In this document: one piece after another, positions 25,940 through 32,000 of the stretch
Numbering within the stretch: position 1 is the stretch's first letter
Layout: every line of letters starts with the position of its first letter
Source of the DNA: Halogeometricum borinquense DSM 11551
GTDB lineage: Archaea > Halobacteriota > Halobacteria > Halobacteriales > Haloferacaceae
DNA: 32,000 nucleotides
Reading direction: 5' to 3'
Assembly (NCBI RefSeq): GCF_000172995.2
Contig: NC_014735.1
Span: 60,001-92,000 of the forward strand
The notes under the pieces: generated by a model
What the model was told of the DNA's origin: nothing
The model's input: the letters and a program-made list of their open reading frames with translations, nothing else
The model's database searches: none
Program-made: the position numbers and the translations under genes

Positions 25940-27109
25940 TTAGTCGCTCTCGAAGTCAAGGTCGTCGTGCTCGACATCGAGGTCACCACCGTCGTGTTCG
26001 ATGTCGTGATCGTCGTCCTCGAACTCGGTTCTGTCGTCGTCGCTCTCGAAGTCGAAGTCGTCGGTCTCGACTTCGAGGCTGTCGCCGTCGTGCTCGATAT
26101 CGTGGTCGTCAGTTTCGACCTCGACGCGGCCGTCTCTGATCTCGATATCGATCCCGCCGGAGCCGTCGAACTCAAACTCGACGCGACCGTCGTCGCTGTC
26201 GAATTCGAGGTCGTCGCTTTCGACCTCGGCACGGTCGCCGTCACGTTCGATCTCGAAGTCGTCGCCTTCGACGTCAACGCGGTCGTCGTCGCTCTCGAAG
26301 TCGAGGTCGTCAGTTTCGACCTCCGCGCGGTCGTTATCCCGTTCCACCTCGATGTCGTCGAGTTCGATATCTACGTCGCGTCCACCGTCGAACACCACGT
26401 TACCGTTGTCATCAGTGTCGAGGGTGAACTCGAAGTCGCCGTCATCTCCCTCGACTTCGATGCGGTCGCCGTCGAATTCGACGTCGAAGTCGTCGCTCTC
26501 AAGATCGAGAGTCGATCCGTCGTACTCGAAGTCGAAGTCGTTCGTCTCGACCTCAATGTCACCATCGGCGTCGATCTCGACATCGAAGTCGTCAGTCTGG
26601 ATTTCGATCGTGTCGCCGTCGAATTCGATATCGAACTCGTCGCCCTCGATTTCGACCCTGTCGCCGTCGCTCTCGATGTCGAGGTTTTCGTTATCGCTCT
26701 CGACATCGTACTCGCCGTTTTTGCGTTCGATCTCGAAGTCATCACTGTCGACCTCGAGGTCGTTGCCGTTGTATTCGACATCGAGAGTGAGGCTGCCGCT
26801 ACGACCTTCGACCTCAATCTCGTTACCGTTAATCTCGACCTCGACGTCGTCACTCTCAAGGTCGATGCGGTCACCGTCTAGCTCGATATCGAAGTCGTCA
26901 CCCTCGATTTCGACGCGACCATCGGACCGAAACTCAATGTCGAAGTCGTCACCATCTAGCTCGACACGCTCATCACTAGTTTCCACATCGAAGTTGCTAG
27001 ACCGGTGGCTTGCTGCGACCGGTGCAACCATCACGGAGAGCACCATCACGAGTACCAGTATCGGTGCAAGTACTCTCGCTATGTTCCGCCGCCCGTATAT
27101 TTGAATCAT
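25940..27109 (-). CDS. secreted ultra-acidic tandem octapeptide-repeat protein, unknown family
   Basis: ATG start. Signal-like N-terminus MIQIYGRRNIARVLAPILVLVMVLSVMVAPVAAS. The remainder is about 40 units of a 5-residue alternating hydrophobic/acidic strand plus a 3-residue acidic turn (RVEIEGDD FDIEFDGD ...). The C-terminal units contain His. Confidence 0.75.
   Translation of the reverse strand: MIQIYGRRNIARVLAPILVLVMVLSVMVAPVAASHRSSNFDVETSDERVELDGDDFDIEFRSDGRVEIEGDDFDIELDGDRIDLESDDVEVEINGNEIEVEGRSGSLTLDVEYNGNDLEVDSDDFEIERKNGEYDVESDNENLDIESDGDRVEIEGDEFDIEFDGDTIEIQTDDFDVEIDADGDIEVETNDFDFEYDGSTLDLESDDFDVEFDGDRIEVEGDDGDFEFTLDTDDNGNVVFDGGRDVDIELDDIEVERDNDRAEVETDDLDFESDDDRVDVEGDDFEIERDGDRAEVESDDLEFDSDDGRVEFEFDGSGGIDIEIRDGRVEVETDDHDIEHDGDSLEVETDDFDFESDDDRTEFEDDDHDIEHDGGDLDVEHDDLDFESD
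25943..26998 (-). repeat. coding tandem repeat, roughly 24-bp unit / 48-bp super-unit
   Basis: Degenerate periodic GAC/GAG/GTC/TTC/ATC codon array (gtcgaagtcgtc-type words recur throughout). It keeps several frames open on both strands. Confidence 0.8.
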
Positions 27110-27311
27110 GGTTCTTCATGTTGCTATACACTAGAGGGTGGCGACAGTCCGAAGCAAAGGTGAGCACCGGTGATCCGGAGACCAACCGAGTACCTTACGA
27201 CTGCTTCTAGGGAGTCGTCAAACCGACTGTGAACAGCTATGTGAATCTACGACCGGATGTGATATGAACTATCCCTAACAAGTGGGATAGGAAGTAACCT
27301 CAAAATCACCT

Positions 27312-27316
27312 AAAAA
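27312..27316 (-). terminator. oligo-T terminator candidate after the YD-like repeat gene
   Basis: The plus-strand aaaaa reads TTTTT on the minus strand, about 37 nt downstream of the stop at 27353. A 7-bp-stem hairpin follows (ctatccc / gggatag, 27269-27290). Confidence 0.35.
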
Positions 27317-27352
27317 TAGAGAACTTCCAGACGGGGTCCGACGGGAGCGACG

Positions 27353-27949
27353 CTAGTCATCGAAATCGTCGTCGTCACGATCCGATTCGATGAGGATCCC
27401 GTTCGCGTCGTATACCCGGCGTACGTCGTCGCCGTCCTCGTCGTCTTTCTGGAACACCCGAAGCGTTCCGGTTTCGTCGTACCATCGCTCTCTCTCATCA
27501 CCGTCGTCGTCTTCGGTTCGCTGGAACCTGAGTGTCCCGTTCACGTCGTATATCCGTTCTTCCTCGTCGTCGTCTTCCTCTTCTTCTCGGTAGACCCGGA
27601 GTGTGCCGTTCCCGTCGTAGATCCACTCTTCTTCGTCGCCATCCTCCTCCTCTGTTCTACGGTAGCGCACTATCCCATTGCGGTCGAACTCCGTTCGCTC
27701 CTCGTCACCATCGTCATCAACTTCCTCGACGAATCCACCGTCGGGTCCGATACAGGACTCGAACTCCTCCCCGTCGGTAGTCTCATACTTGACGAATCGC
27801 CGGCATTTGTCGGTGGACCCGGCTCTATACTCGATGACGTCGTCAGGGCTATGAGTTGCCGTCGCGGCCTGTGGCAATACCGTGACCCCACCGACGAGAA
27901 CCCCAAGCGTACGGAGGCAGTCACGTCTAGTCGGGGAGAGATGACTCAT
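27353..27949 (-). CDS. Tat-exported acidic protein with five 23-24-aa YD-like repeats
   Basis: The internal ATG at 27949 gives MSHLSPTRRDCLRTLGVLVGGVTVLPQAATA (twin-Arg signal). Repeats: RTEFDRNGIVRYRRTEEEDGDEEE / WIYDGNGTLRVYREEEEDDDEEE / RIYDVNGTLRFQRTEDDDGDERE / RWYDETGTLRVFQKDDEDGDDVR / RVYDANGILIESDRDDDDFDD. Confidence 0.7.
   Translation of the reverse strand: MSHLSPTRRDCLRTLGVLVGGVTVLPQAATATHSPDDVIEYRAGSTDKCRRFVKYETTDGEEFESCIGPDGGFVEEVDDDGDEERTEFDRNGIVRYRRTEEEDGDEEEWIYDGNGTLRVYREEEEDDDEEERIYDVNGTLRFQRTEDDDGDERERWYDETGTLRVFQKDDEDGDDVRRVYDANGILIESDRDDDDFDD
27356..27697 (-). repeat. coding tandem repeat, roughly 69-72 bp unit, 5 copies
   Basis: DNA encoding residues 85-198 of the protein above. 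The periodic motif is Y-D-x-x-G-x-L-R plus a poly-D/E linker. Confidence 0.7.
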
Positions 27950-28974
27950 GATGGCGCACCCCCAGAATATCCGGGCGGGATCCAAGACGGCCACAAACGA
28001 GAGGCTTTCGGGATTACGTGACTGGGAACCTGTAGCTCGACGATCCGGCTCACGAGGTGGGGCATCGCGACAACAGTGACGATGCTGCTCGACAGTCTTG
28101 ATGTGAGTTTCATACAATATATTGTGCCCTTGTGTTTATATCTGTGCGCTAACTAACCAATAGTTACTTTCCACTTCGCCACGCAGTTAGGTTCGGCTCA
28201 GGTCGAAAAGGCAGTTTCACGGGAGAAACCTCGTGAAGTGAGGAGATTACCTCGATTAAGCGACTTCGCCATGACAGCAATAACGATGTAATACCATATC
28301 GAGTGAATCTCAACTGTACATCGTATATTCAGAGACGTCGGCCGAAAAAAGAAGAGAGTGAAGCCGTCCAGCGTCAGAAACCAAGATAAAGAAAGAGATC
28401 ATACGTAATGAATCCAGAATAGGAAATGGATTCCAGATACATTATCATTTCACGAGAGATATGTGCCTATGTATGATTTTCTTAACCTGAAATTTGAATA
28501 ACTCGACTGAGATGGCAAAAAACGAGTTCAGATGTTCGAGTCAGAAACTCTACGAAATAGAATGTAGCGAGTGAGATCGGCCGCATTCACACACTGGGCA
28601 GATCTTCGACCAGAAGCCCGCCTACCGCGCTTGTCAGTATCCAAGCCTATACGAACCAGTCCCCATTGACCGACAAATCGTTTGGTAGTCGGTTGGTCGG
28701 TGCCGTCAACGCAACCCATGTCAGAACAACCGGCGAGGGCGCTGACCGACCCACCGATGGTTACCGTGAGATATCGCCGCCTCGAAATCTTCGAGAAGGA
28801 GAGAATATATAATCCCGATTTGGGTCCAAGTCTTGTTAATTTATTCTGTGAAGCCGCAACCTGATCTCATACTTGGCCCTTTATTTATGTATAATTCACA
28901 ATACCACATGTATTTGGTCAATATATAAGTATTATTCAGATGTATAAATTCATATCAATGAAATCTGGGTTAGT

Positions 28975-29010
28975 CTGATGACGGATTGCGGGTCTAACCG
29001 CAGACATCAG
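28975..29010 (-). terminator. hairpin immediately downstream of the PCD gene
   Basis: ctgatg..tgcgg-gtctaa-ccgca..catcag nested inverted repeat ending 4 nt from the stop codon at 29014-29016. Confidence 0.3.
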
Positions 29011-29013
29011 CCA

Positions 29014-29367
29014 TCAATTCGGTTCGTACTCCTCGTGAATGCGGTCCATCCGCGCCGCCATCACAAAGTCGGTCTTATGTAACCCATCGATTTTGTGAGT
29101 CCACATCTCGACGCGTACTTTGCCCCAAGTGAGGTGAATGTCCGGGTGGTGCCACTCTTCCTCAGCGAGTTCGCCAATCTCGTAGGTAAACTCCAGTGCG
29201 TCGCGGAAGTCCTCGAATTCGTAGGTGCCTTCGAGATAGTACTCATCGACGACTTCCCACACACTGTCGTCGAGTTCGGTGAGGTAGTTCGCGTACTCGT
29301 CTTCGGTGAGCGGTTCATCCGCCGAAGTACACGCTTCGCATTCTTGGTCTGCGAGAGTTGATGCCAT
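29014..29367 (-). CDS. pterin-4-alpha-carbinolamine dehydratase (PCD/DCoH)
   Basis: [39 protein letters not shown] matches the PCD signature (E..HHP......V.......H...GL...D). The ATG at 29367 (MASTLADQ) is preferred. Confidence 0.9.
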   Translation of the reverse strand: MASTLADQECEACTSADEPLTEDEYANYLTELDDSVWEVVDEYYLEGTYEFEDFRDALEFTYEIGELAEEEWHHPDIHLTWGKVRVEMWTHKIDGLHKTDFVMAARMDRIHEEYEPN

Positions 29368-29534
29368 GTGTAATGATACGGTCGCCAGCAGCATGTATCT
29401 TCACCAGCAGCGCAGAACCGAGATGAGAACAACGCCGGACAGGGGAACCACCCAGACGAACCGCACAGTGTGAGTCATGTGGTCCAAAAACAACTACCCT
29501 CGAAATTATGATCGTCTGCGCTCAGTATACACAC

Positions 29535-29699
29535 ATGACGCTTTCAGAGTACACCTGTACCTGCGGTGCCACGCTTCGCTACAAACAGGACCTCTCCAAA
29601 GAGCGGGGCTCCCTCTATCCAGCGTGGAAATGCAAAGAATGTGGCACACCGGTCCCGGGACAGATTGCAGAGAAGATCAGTCACCAACATCCCTCGTGA
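29535..29699 (+). CDS. small zinc-ribbon protein (hypothetical)
   Basis: MTLSEYTCTCGATLRYKQDLSKERGSLYPAWKCKECGTPVPG has a CxC...CxxC knuckle pair. TATA-like aaattat lies about 30 nt upstream of the ATG at 29535. Divergent from the PCD gene. Confidence 0.45.
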   Translation: MTLSEYTCTCGATLRYKQDLSKERGSLYPAWKCKECGTPVPGQIAEKISHQHPS

Positions 29700-29872
29700 C
29701 TGATCTCGGGGTCACCTCCCGTAGCATCTGCTTAGGTCGCTGAACGTTTGGCGGTGTGACCGCCATCAGTTCCAGAATACGTCGGGCCAATATAAGCTAG
29801 CCCCTCAGATCAGCTGTGGACGATAATTGCGCATTAACGTGTTAGGTAGCCGCACCAAGGTTGATAGCTGTA

Positions 29873-32000
29873 TCACAGACGGTCAGCGACCGCCTCGATA
29901 GGATGTTGCGGGATTCCGTTTGCACCCTCTCGGTCGCCGAGTTGTGACCGACACGACCCGCCGGGAGCGACAACTCTGTCGCCGTCGCTGGCATCGACCG
30001 CATCGAACAGAATGCTCCCGATAGCTTTCGAGAGGGCGTAATGCTCGTCGTGGTAGCCGAAACTCCCCGCCATTCCACAGCAAGTCGTGTCCAACGGATC
30101 GACATCGTACCCGACGCGACGCAACACACCGACCGCGTGGTGGTCCTTGTTGGTCCCCTTCTGATTGCAGTGGCCGTGATAGCTGAGTGTTCCGGCCGCG
30201 CCGAGCGAGCGGTCATCGACCGGAAGCGACTCGTCGAGTCGGAGCACGTCGAGGTACTCCAAGACACCGTAGGAACTCCCTGCGACCTGTTCGACGCGTT
30301 GTCCGTCGAGCAAGTTGCAGTATTCATCTTGGAACATCACGGCGTCGGAGGGTTCAACGAATACGATGTCCCACCCGTCTTCGACTTGGCCGACCAACCG
30401 GTCGGTGTTGGACTGCGCTCGTTCTTTAGCGCGATCCAACATTCCCGTCGAGTAGGCAGCGCGACCTGAGGGTGCCGTATCGTCCGGGATACTGACGTGA
30501 ACGTCCGCAGCCTCCAGAACTGTGACCGCCGCCTTACCAGCCGCCGGATACGAGTAGTTCGTATACGTGTCCGGAAACAGCACGACCCGAGCGTTGGCGT
30601 CGGTGCGTTCGACAGTTGACCCACCGCGGCTCTCGAACCAGTCTCGAAGCGTTTCCCGGCGGAAGGGTGGGAGTTCGCGTTCGGGAGCGATACCGAGCGC
30701 TTTCTGCATGGCCGTCCGCACCCCCGGAAGCTTCGTGGCCCAATTCGAAAGTGGGGCGAGCATCGATCCGACTTTGGAGGCGGTGTCGATGTTGGCGAAT
30801 AGGCGTTCACGGAGTCCGATGCCCCTCGCTTGATGGTGCTGGTGTTTCACCTCAGCTTTCAACTTGGCCATATCGACGCCCGTTGGACAGTCGCTTTTAC
30901 ATCCCTTACAGCCGATGCAGAGATCCAGTACCTCCTCTTGGAAGCGTTCTGAGTGTATTTCATCGGGACGAAGGTCGCCGCTGATCGCGGATCGAAGGAG
31001 ATTCGCACGTCCGCGAGTCGTCTGTACTTCCTCGCGCGAGGCGCGGTAGGTCGGACACATCACCTCCTGTCCGGTCTGACGGCAGGTTCCACACCCGTTA
31101 CAGAGTTCGACTAGCTGTGAGAAGCCGCCTTCGTCCGTGAAATCGAGCGTCGTCTGCGGCTCTATCGACTGGTACTGCGCACCGTACCGAAGATGTTCGC
31201 GCATGTCCGCACCGACACCGCGGTCGGAGTCCGGACCGATATCGTCCGCCCCCGAGCGATAGACGACGTTGCCGGGGTGCATCCACCACTCGGGATCGAA
31301 CGCCGTCTTCACCCGCTTGAACGCATCCCAGAGCGTCTCACCGTACATCTTCGGATTAAATTCCGTCCGGGCCATCCCGTCGCCGTGTTCGCCCGAGAAC
31401 GAGCCGTGATGTTCGAGGACGAGATCCGTCACGTCGTCGGTGATAGAGTGCATATCCTCAACACCAGACTCGGACTTGAGATTGAGAATCGGTCGGATGT
31501 GGAGCGTCCCCGACCCCGCGTGAGCGAAGTACGCGGCCGACGTGTCGTGGTCGTCTAAAACCGCCTCGAACTTCTGAACGTACGCGGCGAGTTCCGCAGG
31601 TGGGACGGTCGCATCCTCGATGAACGGATAGGGCTTCGCGTCGCCCTCAAGCGACATCAAAAGCGGAATAGCGGCCTTGCGAAGTTTCCAGATGTCGGCT
31701 TGGTCCGCGTCGGTGTAGGCTTCGACGACTTCGAACGCCGCGCCGTCGTGGATGAATCGCTCGGTCGTCGCGTCGATTGCCGCCTCGAAGTCATCGTGGA
31801 GTTCCGAATCGAACTCCAACAGTAGGGCCGCGTCCGTGCCCTCCGGGATGGGTTCGACGTACTCGGCGTACCCGTCGGAGTTGGCCGCAAGCCGAAACAC
31901 CTCGTCGTCCATCAACTCGACGGCACTCACATCGTACTCCAGTGCAACCGGAACTGCCTCCATCGCCGTCACGAGGTCGTCAAAGCAGTACAAGGCCAGT
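29873..32000 (-). CDS. FAD-linked oxidase fused to 4Fe-4S dicluster and CCG domains (glycolate oxidase / D-lactate dehydrogenase-like), N-terminus outside the window
   Basis: FAD-oxidase C-terminal domain (SGEHGDGMARTEF), two ferredoxin motifs (CNGCGTCRQTGQEVMCP and CIGCKGCKSDCP), and two CCG-type domains (YHGHCNQKG, TTCCGMAGSFGY). The reading frame stays open to the window edge. Confidence 0.9.
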   Translation of the reverse strand, partial: LALYCFDDLVTAMEAVPVALEYDVSAVELMDDEVFRLAANSDGYAEYVEPIPEGTDAALLLEFDSELHDDFEAAIDATTERFIHDGAAFEVVEAYTDADQADIWKLRKAAIPLLMSLEGDAKPYPFIEDATVPPAELAAYVQKFEAVLDDHDTSAAYFAHAGSGTLHIRPILNLKSESGVEDMHSITDDVTDLVLEHHGSFSGEHGDGMARTEFNPKMYGETLWDAFKRVKTAFDPEWWMHPGNVVYRSGADDIGPDSDRGVGADMREHLRYGAQYQSIEPQTTLDFTDEGGFSQLVELCNGCGTCRQTGQEVMCPTYRASREEVQTTRGRANLLRSAISGDLRPDEIHSERFQEEVLDLCIGCKGCKSDCPTGVDMAKLKAEVKHQHHQARGIGLRERLFANIDTASKVGSMLAPLSNWATKLPGVRTAMQKALGIAPERELPPFRRETLRDWFESRGGSTVERTDANARVVLFPDTYTNYSYPAAGKAAVTVLEAADVHVSIPDDTAPSGRAAYSTGMLDRAKERAQSNTDRLVGQVEDGWDIVFVEPSDAVMFQDEYCNLLDGQRVEQVAGSSYGVLEYLDVLRLDESLPVDDRSLGAAGTLSYHGHCNQKGTNKDHHAVGVLRRVGYDVDPLDTTCCGMAGSFGYHDEHYALSKAIGSILFDAVDASDGDRVVAPGGSCRSQLGDREGANGIPQHPIEAVADRL

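Noticed and set aside
25864-27104. Additional long ORFs across the repeat gene: plus strand 25967..26881 (304 aa) and 26352..27104 (250 aa); minus strand 26371..26874 and 25864..26277.
   Set aside because: They are shadow frames created by the periodic GAC/GTC/GAG/CTC codon array. They lack a signal peptide or sensible termini and have Val-, Ser- or Thr-monotone compositions. The 25940..27109 minus frame is the only one with an ATG, a signal peptide and full-length continuity. The residual strand ambiguity is recorded as a finding.
25940-27109. Possible CRISPR array, because of the regular short-period repetition.
   Set aside because: The period is about 24/48 bp with no alternation of a conserved repeat and unique spacers. 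The whole stretch is one continuous ORF, and there are no cas genes in the window.
28211-28240. Replication-origin (ORB-like) element gtttcacgggagaaacc, and GAAAC-containing words in the AT-rich spacers (also 18081-18099).
   Set aside because: There is only a single loosely ORB-like copy and no inverted partner. No orc1/cdc6 gene is present in the window. The recurring 9-mer gtcagaaac (two copies) is within chance expectation for a 900-bp region.
28528-28864. Two overlapping ORFs of about 60 aa (28528..28719 minus strand, 28682..28864 plus strand).
   Set aside because: They are mutually exclusive, have no motifs and no convincing start context. They are kept only as part of the finding on the unexplained spacer.

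Overview
This 32 kb window looks like a GC-rich haloarchaeal (class Halobacteria) region. The evidence is very acidic proteins, Tat signals with lipoboxes, an HTH_10 Bat-type regulator, a halocyanin, and ATGA-coupled operons with leaderless-style TATA spacing. I found no rRNA, tRNA, CRISPR array, transposase or integrase.

Gene content, left to right:
- two small envelope proteins
- an ATGA-coupled ABC-2 permease / ABC ATPase / Tat-lipoprotein operon
- a DMT transporter
- an Lrp/AsnC regulator
- an HTH_10 regulator divergent from an amidohydrolase
- a cupin
- an oleate hydratase, a PadR regulator and an MFS transporter
- an overlapping UvrD-helicase/RecB-nuclease gene plus a second PD-(D/E)XK protein (AddAB-like)
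- a MaoC dehydratase
- a tightly packed 7-gene nitrous-oxide reductase operon: BlaI/CopY-like regulator, halocyanin, nosZ, a 4-TM membrane protein, nosD, nosF, nosY
- two consecutive minus-strand genes for secreted, extremely acidic tandem-repeat proteins
- a roughly 900 bp AT-rich non-coding gap
- pterin-4a-carbinolamine dehydratase
- a small zinc-ribbon ORF
- a truncated FAD/Fe-S (GlcD-GlcF fusion type) oxidase

Most worth a second look:
1. The signal-peptide protein made almost entirely of about 40 eight-residue strand-turn repeats, and its YD-like neighbour.
2. The bacterial-style dual-nuclease AddAB-like pair in an archaeon.
3. The nos operon, which combines Tat/lipobox NosZ, a DSHHPS motif, a nosB-position membrane gene and a CopY-like regulator, with no nosR, nosL or nosX in the window.

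All family calls come from motif recognition by eye. No database search was run.
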